Shown: positions 50,471 to 63,781 of the stretch, one piece after another
How the letters are laid out: every line of letters starts with the position of its first letter
How positions within the stretch are numbered: the stretch's first letter is position 1
Assembly (NCBI GenBank): GCA_013239625.1
Contig: MU053652.1
Span: 1,302,001 to 1,366,000 of the forward strand
DNA: 64,000 nucleotides
Source of the DNA: Lama guanicoe
Lineage: Eukaryota
Direction of reading: 5' to 3'
Notes under the pieces: generated by a model
The model's input: only the letters and a program-made list of their open reading frames with translations
What the model was told of the DNA's origin: nothing
Database searches by the model: none
Translations under genes and position numbers: made by a program

Positions 50471-51289
50471 AGACTCCTGGGAAGTTGGAGTTGGAATGGA
50501 ATTGAATTAGACACAAGGAAGCTAAATAGGCTGCTTTGACTCAGGCTGTCCCTTCCAAAGTTAGACATGCATGTTATAGTATCAGTTGGGCAAAAAATTC
50601 CTCCTCTAAACACATCTGTAGATTAGGCATGGTTGGCCTGTCCATGAGGTGGACAGTCTGTTTTCACCACCTCCACGTTCTCCTTCCTGTTTTCATGAAG
50701 CCAGACATAAAAAGCCTAAGAGCTACTCTTTCCATCTATCTTTTTTGTACTGAGTCTCCACTTTTTGGATTCCCCCCCCCCTTTTTTTCCTCACCATTGA
50801 GGGAATTGCCCTCCCCTCTTTGAGCTTCCTAGAGCCTCTGCTGAAAGAAGCTGGACACCCCAAAGGTTTCTGTGCTGTGGGCAGCCTGCTGAAGCTGCAG
50901 CAGTTGGGCAGGACTGTAAATGTTAAAGGGACTGTTTTGGAGCTTTGGAACACATGTTCATTTCTTACTCTTAGCACAGGTTATCACTCTCATTTTTCCC
51001 TTTCCTATAAATTTTTCTCAAGATACTCAGTTTTATGATTTGCTTTCCAATACATTTGGCATAGTTTTATTTTAAATGTATCTTTGTTCTATAACCCTCT
51101 TTAGCTGATAAATTAAAATTCATTTTAACTGTCTTTTACTGTTTCTGACTATAGAAAATGGAGCTTTAATGACAGGGTATATGGCTGAATACATCCTTGT
51201 AATTAATAGAGATATTGCTGACATTGTATTTGAGAATAGTATTTGTTTTGAGCAGGAAGAGTTACAGATAATACAAGAAGAGTTTTCAG

Positions 51290-51404
51290 TTGGGTAGGGT
51301 ATAGCTCAGTGATAGAACACCTGTTTAGCATGCATGAGGTCATGGGTTCAATCCCCAATACCTTTATTAACAAGAAAAAAGGAAAAAAATACATTACAAA
51401 AAAA
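51290..51404 (+). mobile_element. tRNA-derived SINE, camelid Vic-1-like
   Basis: A box tagctcagtgatag, B box ggttcaatccc, A-rich tail, 12-bp TSD aagagttttcag at 51278-51289 and 51405-51416. Confidence 0.88.
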
Positions 51405-51816
51405 AAGAGTTTTCAGAACTTATGATGTTATTTTTAGGATCGTTCATTTAGTTGAGTCTTTATTGTAGTTTGAAATTGAGGTTTTGCCACTCATCTTTTG
51501 AAATTGATACGTCTTATTCAATCTGGCCAGACAGTAGCAGAATCAAGAGGAAATAAGCTTTGTCTTTGTTTTTGACTTGTCATACATTTCTGCTATTCCC
51601 TCCTTGTCCCCCTTCAGTCAACACATGTCAAGTACTACGTGCTGAGATTCATGGACATGGTTCCCTTTTCTTAAGGAGTCAGTAGACTATAACAGATACG
51701 TAAATACAAGGATTATTTTACAGTATGATGAATTCTTTAATGCAAGTTACACCATTTGGTTTAACATTTCCTCACTCTCCTGTTCCTTGACACCAGATGC
51801 TTGAATTTTAGATACA

Positions 51817-52100
51817 CTGGGGTCAGCAACGATGGCCCACACACGCTGAGTGCTTTTTACATTTTTAAATGGTTGGAAAGAAATCAAAAGAGTAATTTCA
51901 TGGCACAGAGAAATTACATGAAATTTAAATTTTAGTCTCCATAAATAGTTTTTATCGGATCACAGTCACACTCATTTATTTGCATGTTCGCCATGGCTAC
52001 TTTGACACCACCACAGAGTAGAGTAGACAGCAAGAGACTATATGACCGGCAAAGCTTAGACTATTTACTGCCTTTTTATGGAAAAGGTTTGTCAACCCGT
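51817..52100 (-). mobile_element. MER58B-like hAT-Charlie MITE
   Basis: Termini ctggggtcagcaac / gtttgtcaacccg; internal tttttacatttttaaatggttggaaagaaatcaaaag. Confidence 0.8.
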
Positions 52101-52149
52101 CTTTCAGGTACTCTGCCCCCCGCCCCCCACCCTGAAATTGCTGAGGGTA

Positions 52150-52300
52150 AATCACTGAGCGAACATTTACTGAGTTCCAGCTATTTGCCAGGCCCTGGGC
52201 TAGGCCCACTGGAAACAGGAATAAACATGACGGACATGTCTTTGCCTTCATAGAGCTCGCAGTCTATGGAAATAAGCCAAAATAAGTTAGATTACGAAAA
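52150..52300 (-). mobile_element. LINE-2 3' end
   Basis: aacatttactgagttccagctatttgccaggccctgggctagg...tgccttcatagagctcgcagtcta. Confidence 0.8.
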
Positions 52301-52489
52301 GTGCGATTGAAGAACCATGAACACCATGAGAGAAAATAGATCAGAAGGCGTTGTTTTAGATGCGGAGCCTGAGACCCTTAAGAGGAAGAACAAGAACGGT
52401 CTATAAAGGAGCATGAACATGGGACACACACACGGACACGCACACACGCAAGAATGGCAGCTGTTGTGATCCGGAGTTGTTCTAGACAC

Positions 52490-52850
52490 CAGTCTTCCTC
52501 TAGTTTTCTTCTGTCTTTGGAAATGGTACCATTAGCTATTTAGTGGTTGAAGCTAAAATCTCATGGTATATTTTTCTCACTTTTCCTCACATTCTTTCCC
52601 TTCTCCTTTCAGTTCATCTGGAAGATCTTTTGAGTGTACCTCCAAAACAACTCAATTTCTAATTCTTTCTAATTCTGTTACCAGTCTAGACCAAGCTCCC
52701 CTCATCTCTCCCCTAAACTCTTGTGATCACTTGATTGTCTCCCTACCTCTGTTTTTCTGCCCTACTCATCACTGTCTATTCTCCAACCAAGACCTACAAG
52801 GATCTTGTACGAACTTAAGTCAGATTATATAATTTCTTTGTGAAAAATCT
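52490..52850 (+). mobile_element. LINE-2 ORF2 C-terminal remnant
   Basis: Translation TSLDQAPLISPLNSCDHLIVSLP resembles L2 TTLVQATIISHLDYCNSLLTGLP. Confidence 0.75.
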
Positions 52851-53004
52851 TATTTATCATCCTGTATTGTGTAATAGAATCTATAGGAATTGTTAACCTG
52901 TGAATCACCTCTAAAGAATCTATATTGCTTTTTAAATAAGCTGGTTATATAAAAGACAAGACAAATAAGAGAAACTCTAGCAACCAGGTCATTATAGCTA
53001 AGGT

Positions 53005-53032
53005 AAAAAAAAAATATATATATATATATATA
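53005..53032. repeat. A10(TA)9 microsatellite
   Basis: Seen directly. Confidence 0.9.
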
Positions 53033-56000
53033 TTTTTAATACATATTATCTGATTTTAGGTTGACATGAACTGTATTGGGAGGGAGCACATGAATTACTC
53101 TATAGAAAGTTATGTTGCTATATTTCACAGGCTTCTGAGGTTTGGTTGAACATTTAAGGGGCTTTTAGTGACATTATCAAGTACATTACTGCATCACTTC
53201 CCACCATCGAGTTCACTGACTGTGACTAAGGCGCTCATAGTAACAAATGAGGATCTCTTCCAGGTGGTAAAATGAGGCTCCAAAGTGTCAACTGAGCTCT
53301 GTTCGCTGTTGAACTAAATGTCAGTGCATAGAACAGCATGGCTGCTCAGAGTCCTTGCAGATCGGACTTAAGAGCTATTTAGAAAAAAGTGCCTTTATGA
53401 ACACTTAGCTAGAAGATGTTACTGATTTATAAAGATAATATTCTTGCTCATGTTTATATTCTTTCTTATCCCCCAAAGGATTCTGGGACTTGAGCAACAT
53501 TTTAGCAATATTGTATCAGGAAAGCTGGAGTTCTCTGGTATCCAAACTCTTAAGTGGACAAAAGACTAAAAACCGATTTTTCTAACTAGTGCTAGTACAA
53601 TACTAGACTGTTTGTGCTTTGTTGAACTGAGAGCTAAACTCCAGATAGTTGGCATCAGAGAATTAGGGAAATCAGGGTAGGGCTGAGATAAGCCAGCCGC
53701 TTGAGGGGTTGTGCCAGTGGCTGGCAGCCTCAGTGAACACTCCATTGCATTGTTGCTTCTGCTCTTTGTCATGAATGAAAGGTGTATAACAGATGTTGGT
53801 TCAAGGGAAACCAAAGAGGTAAGAGGAAGAAAGAATTGAAGATAGCTCTGCTCTAGATGAGCTCCATCTCCTGGTTGGAATGCCCGGCATCTCAGTGTAG
53901 TTAATTATAGACAAGGTGCCAGCTCTGCCATGGAGTGGCCTTCCTCAGGAGTCAGTGAGGCTTCCTGCAACTGCTGGACCAAATAGTCTTGGCAGGGTTG
54001 AGGTGGTCGAGCCTCTGGATGAACTTCTCCTACAGTTCTGATTCTTTCACCATCAGAGTAGGTTAATTTTTATAACAAGAACCCTGGGACCCAGAGAGGT
54101 GGAGTAGCTTGCTCAGGGTCACTAGCAATCAGGCCACCCTTGAGGGAGCTTGGCCCTATCAAGCAGAAGTCTTCATTTCTAAAATAAGCTGCCTTGTGGG
54201 GTGTGCCAGTCTGTCTCCCTGTTATCATCAGTGCTTTTGCACAATGAGAGTGATCATTTGTCAAGGATGTTGCTAAGAAGATTCTTGCAAAAGTATTCAA
54301 TGACTCTTACAACTTTAAATTCTATGATTCTAGCTCTGGTTTCATTGGTTTAATAAAGTGGTTTCTTTGGTTCTCTTGCTAGCTCTCTAGCTCCTTGTAG
54401 AAATGGGTCTTTTAAAGCATTTTTCTAAATTTTCTATTTAAAATGACAATTAGCTTTGCATGTCAGGTACTTCACAGTGTACCATGTATATCATTCATTT
54501 GGAGTATTAGTTCACTAGCTAATAGCCCACAGGTTTAGTTACATACAAAGTGGTAATTTGGTGAAATATCATTGCTGTTCCTCACTAAACCAAAAGCTCG
54601 AGAAAGCTGCTTGTCGCAGAAGACCCTAATTTTCCCAGCTGTCAGCCTGACTGATATTTTAATTTTTCCGCCCTGCAGAAAACTTCAGTCTTTTACCCAA
54701 TAGATAAATGAGTGAACCCCTCAGGAAATGCAGCAGAATGTTTCTGTTTGCCAATGCAATAAATGCAGAAGCTAATAAATGTCTACTTCCATCAGGAGGA
54801 GGCGTGTAATGAGTAAATGATGAGAAAAAGAATTCCAGGAAACAAATGATCCATCCAATCTAAGATGACAAACAATTTCTTAATAACTTGTCCTCTGGTT
54901 GGAGAGAGGGCTTTCACCAGGCAAAGAGAATGCCTGTTGAAACGAAGCCCAGCACAGGGCCATTTACATCTGGCTGCCGATGGACTCCGTCTGGTTACGT
55001 TTGGGTCACACTGAGCGGTAAGCTGCTGTTCAGACTCAGCCTGGGTATGGCTGAGTTTCTCTGCGTGGTAATTTCTGTGAATGTGTGCATTTCAGGGCCT
55101 AATTCACATTATTTACCCCGGGTTACATTTATAGTTCACATTTGTTTTTTTAATAAAGACCTTTTTTAAAAGTAAAGATACAGTCTCTTTCCCTTGAGAT
55201 GTGCTCAGATCACAGGAGTTTCACAAGAATTTCTTTCCTGTGGAGTAAATATGCTGTTATTTAAAGCACTTTTGTGGACCTCACCTCTCTTAACCCCTCT
55301 CTGAAGGGCAGGGTCTGCCCTTATGGAAACCAGCAGAATGCAGCATGCTTTGCCCTCGTGGATGACTGCATTCTTGCTCATCTTATTTGGAAGGACTTGC
55401 ACTAGGCAGAAGGCACAGTGTGACTAACATGGAGTAAACGAGATAGGCTTTGGAAGAAGAGTTACAATCCGCACTGAAGATGTGAGAGAGACTCCGTGCC
55501 AGACCGAAAAATCATCTGATGAGATGCATTTTATTATCACCCTTTTGTGGGATCTTTCTAAGAACATTTCTCAGAAGAGTCATGTGGAAAAGATTGGCTA
55601 CCAAATACCAGCAGTTTTCAGAGACAGATTTTCATGAATATTTCTAGAAGAAGACTATCAAATTTGCTTACTGGGTCTTCCATAATTATCTTTTCTTCCT
55701 CATTTCATTCCCCCCCCGCCACTGTTTTTTTTTTTTAAATAATAATACAAATAAGACATTCTGATATGTTTTAGAACCACGTGAATGAATGTACTTTCTG
55801 CAGTTGAGGAGTGAAACTTTTAAGTAGTAGTAGGGTTTCGGGGCATAATTCAGGGAAATGTTAATGAGTCATCAGATAAAAGCTGGTCAGAGTGGTACCG
55901 CGGGGCCCTTGGTGACTTGGCAGCATTTGAAATGTGCCTTAGGTATTCAGGAATCCTGCATTGTACTTTCTGTAGGAGAGCCATTATACCTGAAAGCTAA

Positions 56001-57133
56001 GACTTTTCAATGTGCCTCTATTCACATGCATATTTCTATGCCAAATCTTTCCAAAGGCCTTTCCTTTGAAATACAAAAAGATAAACATGTCTTTGAAATG
56101 GATAGGTGATCCCTTTGCCACTTTTGAAATCTTTCTCCATTTCATATCTGAGATTTTTTAACCCTTAAATTAAGACCGACTTTTCTGTTTACCAAGTAGC
56201 TTTATATGCATTGCCAGCACTTGAGAGAACCATTGTCACAGTTATTATCAGCATCTGAGTTTGGGCACAAAATCGATGAAAGGAAATTAAAACAAGATAG
56301 ATGTTCCATCTGCATTGGATCTTATTTTGTTTGGGTATTGCAGTTCATTATATGACTGTTCAAAAAGTATGATACCTCCGTGGTCAAAGAAAACCATGAA
56401 TTTGTCGAGTACTTACAGAGTACCATCTGTTGCTTTGTATTAAAGACACTACAGTATTTTAAAATCTCAAGATCCAAGGCCTTACACCCCTGGATTTGGA
56501 ACATCACACCTGGGCTGATTTGGTTATAGCACTTACTACCTACGGGACAATAAGCAAATGTGTAATGGTGGTTAAGCATACCTTTTCTGAAAGGTAAAAT
56601 GAAGACCGTAGCCTCTAACTTTACTTCCTTCTTGGCTGGTTTTTATCATGTAATCAATTGAGTTACATGATTGCTTCCTAATCGTATTTGCTGTCGGGGA
56701 ATCCAAGTCTCCACCAGCCTCCCAGCAGTTTTAACTCTTGCTCTGATGGAATTGTGTTCTTTTTTGTAAACAGGGAATCCCTAGGGCCTCTGTTCTTCCC
56801 AGGGATTTTTTCCCTTATGAATATCACTTCCCTGCAGAGTATAAGCACTGCAGTCACATAACTCCTTTTTAAAAATTTTAAATTTTTTTAGATATTCCCT
56901 TCCGCTACGAATACCTTGCTCTTGGGAGATGGTTGTCAGTAAATATTTCAGTGAGTAAAAGGTGAACATTCACCCGCTTAACAAATGGCAGAAGAATTTC
57001 AGAGACACCAGGAATAAATAGGATTTCAACCATCATAATTTAAAATAGATTCCCCACCTTTAAAATTAATCTGTACTGTCTCATCTGTTTTGGCCTTGTG
57101 AGTGGATGCATTTGTAGCTTGTGAAGATGCTAG

Positions 57134-57168
57134 GTTTTTGTTTTTGTTTTTGTTTTTGTTTTTGTTTT
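57134..57168. repeat. (GTTTTT)n hexanucleotide microsatellite, about 6 units
   Basis: Seen directly. Confidence 0.92.
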
Positions 57169-60100
57169 GGAGGAGAGCAGATTCAGTTTGGAACATTATA
57201 AGAAACGGCTATGTAACTGTCCTTATTCTAAAATCTGTTCACCAAGGACTAAACCTTAAAGGAATTTAAATATTTCTTCTCTTCTTTTCCTTCTTCAAGA
57301 GAAAAAAACAAAGCCCCAAAACAACTCCTATCCTTCTGTTGTATGGGTCATCTGTTACTCATTTTAGCTGTCCTCTGTGACAACTTGAATATTTAAGTTG
57401 TTTTTCATTTTTCAATATTGTAAACTCTGATGAAAATTTTTTTTACTTAGTTTTTATACACACCCATGATTATTTCAGATATTTCTAGAAGTGGAACTGA
57501 GTGAAAGGCATTTGAGACGTGTTGCTGTAAATTGTACAGTTTATACTCTCAGTAGCAAATTATGAGGAGCCCATTTCCTCATATACTTAACTAAAGAAAA
57601 CAGCCAGTCTGATAAGGGTACAATGAAGTGATTTTACCAATCTTTGTCTCACAAATTTTTCTATAACCTATCAAATGCTGCTTTCAGGGAAGTGTATGTG
57701 CCAGGTAGCTGAGCCCTAGACCTTTATCAACCAGGAGATGTTGAAGAATGGCATTGTCTCTCTGGTGAAAGTTTTAAATAATAAAAGTAATAAAATTATT
57801 TTTAAAATTTTGGCATTGGCTATGTTTTACATAGTTTCTCTCCTAGACCTTTGGGAGTGCACAATGCCAGGGGCAAGAGTAAATCCACACAGGAGAAACT
57901 GTCGTGGATGGCAATTTCATGCCCCTTACCTGCCCTGCGCCGCCGAGGCCCTATTGAATAGAGGTGTTCAGTGGATGCATTACAAGAATGAGCATCCTTG
58001 CCTGTATGAGTGCGTCTCAAAGGTGACACAACAGGAACTGTCAAAGCATTGTGCTGATTATGTTTTGAAGCCTGGGAATGCTTTGCCGAATCAACATCTT
58101 TAGAGCACCCCTCATTAAGGCTTTGAGCTCATCACTCTGCTGAGGTCAGTCAGAATTTTTCATCTTGGAGAGATGTGCACAGTCTGGGATTCTGAGCTTA
58201 GTTGGAGTGCTGTCCCCTTGTGTGAGCTGCTTATTTTCTGTAGTGTTGGAAAGGTATTACCTCCGAATAGATTTGATTCAATTTGTGGTGGGTGCCGAGG
58301 AGCGAAGAAACCAACTATATTTAATGTCTGTGAAAGAGTTCAAAGATTTGCTCAGTTTTCAGGAAAGTTTTTGTTAAGTAGATGTTCTGGCTTGGAATGA
58401 GTTACTGGTGTTGGCCTCTGTTATATTTTAAAAACTCAGGTTCTAGGCAGAAGTGGGAAGAAGGCAAACTTGGTCTTGGCTTCTCCATTCTCTTCTGTCA
58501 GGATCCCTTCCTTCCCTGACCTCTCTCCTTCCTCCCAGGATTCATTTGTTACCCTCCACACTTACCTTTTGCCTTGGAAAGCCTTAGTCTTGCTCCCACC
58601 TGTTAGGAAGTTAATGGACAATAAGCTAAATAAAGGGTAATAAATGGGTTAGCTTAGAGTTTCTCAACCTGGAAGCCAAGGAAATAACCTCAGGTCTTCT
58701 AATTTCTATGAGAATCTTTAAAATTTGTTTTCTGTTCTATGATTTCTATGATTATTTCTATGATTAATATCTTTTCAGTCAGTAGGATGGACCTTACACA
58801 TTTGAGGAATGCTGGGTTGGATGACTGAACTTACTACCTCCTGTGGCATTGTACATTGTGACATGCAGCTCTTGGAGGCGGAAGGGACTACAAAACTGAA
58901 GGCAGTTGTCTCTGTGTTAACGCAGGAGATTAGTTGTTTATGTATCTCACCCTCATCCCTGGGCCTGGACCATACTAGTTCTTCAGTGAGCTCTTTTGAA
59001 CGACTGAATTTTAGATTGGCCTAAGTTGGTCAGAGGGCTGGAAAAGAAGGTGAAATGGATAAGAAAGACCATCCAGGGGAGCATCTGTTGTAAATCCTTC
59101 AGATTATTAGTACAAAATTGTGGATGATCAAGAACTAAACAGTTTATGATAAACTTGTGTCTACTTGCTTTTCCACAGTAAGGATTATTGTTGACCACTT
59201 TCCTTGTAGCCCATGGGTTTCAAGAGGACACCATGTGCACGAGTGCACACCCATGTGTATGCTGAGCCAGGGCAGGAGTGTTTGTGAGTTGGGTTCATAG
59301 AGTTCTTTGCACGGGAGACGACCTCAGATCAGCTCAGGTAAGGTGGTTGCAAGCTTGAGCTGCACTGGCAATACAGACGTGATGCTTCGTGGATGGAGCC
59401 GTCCGTAGGTGTGCTCTTAGATGTGTGTGTGGTGTCACCTCGTTGAGCGCTGTGCAAGTCACACTCACGACCTGGAGAGCGACTGTGTCACGTTACACAG
59501 CCATCCAGAACGAGAGCTTCCTGTGCTGGCAACACACAGTAATTTAAGAGTTTATACGTGCGTCTTGCGAGACATCATGGTGAATTCTCCTGTTAACCCT
59601 CCTGATGACTGTGAAATTGCTCTGTCTCACCACTGCAGAAAACCAGTGAGGCACAGCTGTGTCAAGAGCTGAAAGGTCTGAGGTGTGTAATACAGAGTCT
59701 GATCAGCGAGTGTAGGAGGGTGGCTGCTTTTCTGCTTCAGGTAGAAGAGCTACAAACAATTGAAAGATTTAAGACCTTTTATTGACATTATAGGCAAGAA
59801 AAACTGAGAAAAATGAATGCTTTCTAATTAGAGAAAATGGGGACTCTCCATGTAAGTAGCGTTAATGGGAGCTGTGGGTGGGAGAGGGTCAGGCAGTCAC
59901 TCTCCCAGTAATGTCCAGGGAAGTTACCTTTCTTGCATGATACCAGTTTAGGTGTAATGCCTGTTGGAAACTGAGGCGTAATTAGTTTTCTTACAAAAAT
60001 GATGAGCCCACAGTAAGAACTTAACTTGCTACCAAAAGCTATTAAATAAGGAGGAAAAGTATCTCCTTCTCAGGTCCCCTTTCTAAGGTTGTTTTATAGG

Positions 60101-60329
60101 TTTTTCATACTACTTGGACCTCTTTCCGTCCATATCAGTGCAAGTAGTAGATCTCCCTTACTTAGAAAGAAGTTAGGATAAACTGTTACAAATGGAGAGA
60201 GTCCTGATAAGCTTGAATTGTTTGGAAAAGGAAACAGAAGCACAGTCACCTTAAGAACTGAATATGAAGGATAGTTAGGTACTTCAGAGAAATACAGGGC
60301 TTTAGACACTCATTAGAAAAGCTACTTCC

Positions 60330-60545
60330 TGGAAATAAAGATCACATTATATGTGGTCTTATCATCACTGTGATTATTAATTATGCATTTATTTGTGTGA
60401 TTTGTAAATTTATGTCTGCTCCAGTACACCATAAGCTCCATGAAATTAGGGCCAAGTGTCTTGTTTGCTCACCGTTACACTCCAAATTCCTGGCCTCGAA
60501 TCTGGCACAGAACTTCAGTATTTGTAGAATGAAGAAATGAGCAAA
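60330..60545 (+). mobile_element. LINE-2 3' end
   Basis: ccataagctccatgaaattaggg...tgtcttgtttgctcacc...tctggcacag...tatttgtagaatgaagaaatga. Confidence 0.75.
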
Positions 60546-61179
60546 TAATAGGAAACTCAGAGTGCCAAAATAGTGTTTGGTACAGATATTTATTTGAATT
60601 GCCCAGGTGAAGAAACCAAGGCATGCAATAATATAACTAATATGTAACTAATATTGCTTGTGTAGTGGCAAGGCTGTCAATGAATCTAGGATTCCTGTTC
60701 TAATTAGAAAACTAAATCAAGAAAAAAAAACCCTCAGACTCTAATTAGTGAAGTTTCTACAGTGCCTGAAATAAAACTAGAAATGCCAGAAAAAGCTCTG
60801 AACAGCTCTGTTTCTTTATATGAGAAATAGTAAAGATGGAGTGAAAGGGTAATTGCAAAAGCAGTTTATTAATTTTGCCCAGGTTCCCAGGAGACAATGG
60901 GATTTTCATGAAATGTGTCTTCTTAGAGGTGGTAAGGCTTGATGCTAGAGTTAAACATAGCTTTAAAAATTTGTAATTCTTCCTGTTTTTATGTTGGAAA
61001 AGGAGAGAGGCAGAAGGAAACAGATTTCTGACAAGTGGAAGCAGAGCATTACTGCAAAGGAAAAAGATACTCCTGCTGGCTTGTTGCATTTGACTTTGTT
61101 AAAATTATTCATGAGATGCACAAAAAGCCAATGTATCAAGGCATAAGGAAGGTCTATCCCTCATTCATTTGACTTCGTA

Positions 61180-61630
61180 TAGCATAAAAATGGAATAGCT
61201 TTAATTAGGAAGTTTATTTTTTCTTATTTAATGAAAGTCTAGAAGTAAGCAGTCCAGGGCTGGCATGGTGGCTTTGGCGTCTTCAGAGCTCCAGGGACCT
61301 AATGTTTCACTTCTGCATCTTAGCACAGGGTTTCCCTCTTTAAGTTCCACGATGGCTACTGGAGCTCTGGCCATCACATTTATATTGCAGCCTAGAAGAA
61401 AGAGAAGGGGCAAAGGGCTAAAAAGATTCCCTGCCAGCTGAGGTCAACTGTCTTTAAGCAGCCGACCTGGAAGTCCCACCTAACAATTCAGTTTATGGCT
61501 CAGCCTAAGTAGAGCCAAGCTGGGAATTTTAGTCTGGTTGACCATATATCCACCTTAAAACGGGTGTTATCTGAGGAGAGAGGAGAGAGGGGAGATGTCA
61601 GGATAAGCCACGGCTGACAGTCTTTTCCAC
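61180..61630 (-). mobile_element. MaLR solo LTR, old MLT1 subfamily
   Basis: aagtctagaagtaagcagtccagggctgg...gatggctactggagctctggccatcacattta...ggaagtcccacctaacaa...ccaca. Confidence 0.78.
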
Positions 61631-63781
61631 AGGGACTCATCAGTTGTCTTTACTGCAGTATGGTTTTTGATTTGTTATAAACTGCTAAATTAGTAATTTA
61701 TTATTGATCACTAGTGATACGGATCTGAAAAAGTAGGGCCAAGAAAAATTAAGATATACTAATAGGTGTGCACAAATGGTTATAAGCAGATATTTAAGGA
61801 TACTCAGGGTAAGTACCTAGGCTTTTGAGTTTATTGCTTACATAAAACAAAGCATTACTCACTATTTGAAAAATGGAGATGAAGTTTGAATCCATCTGCT
61901 TGACGATCATTCTTCAGGTTTGTACGTAGTTGTGTAGGTAAATTAATGGTGATCCAGGCTCTCATGGATTGGCTGGGGAGCCAAGTGTTGTTGGCAGGAG
62001 TAGTATTGTGAGTGAGAACCTCTGTCTTCCACAAGGAAAAGCCAGGCTCTGTGCCAAGTACTGAAGTTATACTGTCCCACTGACACAATCACCCTGAAAG
62101 ATAAAGTCCTCATTTTGTGTGTTAAAAAGTGAGACTCAGTTTAAATAACCCAAACCATTCCTTGGTGTACCTTTTAGAAACAGAACACTGAATCTGATAT
62201 ACCATGCATCTGGACCAGTCTTGGCAATTTGCAAGCTATTTAAATATTACCTTTGATTTTCCTGTCTTGTAGACAGAATTTTCCTGAGCCCCAGAAGGTT
62301 AGAGGGAGGGGAAGGTGTAACAGGAGAGAGTCCAGGAACAGTGGAGTCCAGGCCATGGGTCTGCGGAGTGCCGATAATGGAAGGTTCTTCAAGATGCCAA
62401 CTACTCAATTCAAGGACCTCTCCCTGCACTGAGAATTATCAAATCTTTCCCACTGCTCTTCTGCCCACCTATAACAGACTGTAGCATGAACAGGAACCCA
62501 GGGAAGGCAAAACTCAATATGCTCTCTGACAGGTTTGTCCGGAGAAATACTGAAACTGCTTGATCAACTAAACTTCGATCATTAGTGATTAAAAAAAAAG
62601 TTCTTTAGCTCTCAGTGTTGTTGTGGTAAAGCAAAGTCATGCTTTTTGATTCTGTGTAATTCTGTAAAAAGACAGGATGTTTGAGAAAGTATGAACTCTT
62701 TTTGGCCTCATGATGCCATTCAATAAATGAGTCTCAGGGTTTCTGTGCCTGGAATTATATCCAAACTACATTTGCATCATTAAAGTGTGTCCTCACATAT
62801 TTAACTCTTTATTGGAGGAAGCATACTTACCTGCATCTAGCTGATCACATATTGTAACATAGTTCCTGGGTGAGTGTAATAACAAAAAGTGTAAGTCAGT
62901 CTTGAATCCAGCTACTTAATAGTACGAACGCTCTTATTGATTTTGTTGGTAGGAAGGCTGATATTGGTGTTTGTACACACTAGACCTTGTGTTTGGATGG
63001 GTTATAGAGGGATGGAGACTGGCAGTTGTTAGCGGTAATTACAGGTGAGCTTAGAAAGAGAGATCCACACCTTCAGTCAGTCTGCTCACATCCAAGGTCA
63101 GACTTGTTCCTTCTCCCATTCACTCTTGTAAACATAAGCAGAGTTACCACCAACTTTGGACAGTGCAGAGGAGTTTATCTCTGTGAAATAGTGTCAGGCC
63201 ACCAGAATTTAAATTGTCCCTTAGGATTGTGTATTATGTAGCATTTTGTAAAAGAACTGAAAAGCTATTTCACAAATTTTTCTTATAGCCTTTTTTGATT
63301 TGTTCTTTTCTTGTATGATACAGGTATGATCATATTAGTTATAATAGAACAGATATAAGATTCAGAACCTGAGAAAATATTGCAAGAATACTGTGTGCAT
63401 GTTTTCTTTTAATCTAATTTAGAAGTTGAAAAGATGCTTCTCAAATCTAGCAATAGTGTGTGTCTGTGCGTGTGCATTTTAAAATATACTTTTAAAGGGA
63501 GACTCTGAAAATGGAAAATGGCAATACATCACATTCAAAAACTTGGGCCATGGCCAGCCCAAAGAGACTTGGGAATGATGCCCACTCTTGTTGACTCCCG
63601 TTTCCTTCCTACACTGTCTTAAAAACTTTGTTCTTGGGTTTCAGAATACCAGATGGGTAAATCCCCCCCAACACCTCGAATTAGAACTTCAAGGGAGATT
63701 GGAAAGAAATCTTAGAATACTTGCATCTAAAAATCAACCACTCTGTTTTGTGTATGCTTTTGTGCTGTCACTTCAGCTTTC

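Noticed and set aside
51290-51365. Possible tRNA gene
   Set aside because: A-rich tail, TSD and imperfect stems indicate a SINE
54600-55150. Repeat-free block with AATAAA-type motifs as an enhancer or intronic polyadenylation site
   Set aside because: These motifs are common in AT-rich DNA; cannot be supported without conservation or 3'-end data
57738-58103. 121-aa plus-strand ORF with ATG and a GC-richer core
   Set aside because: No recognisable protein, promoter or processed-pseudogene hallmarks; may be an old repeat. A BLASTX or Dfam search would be needed to revive it
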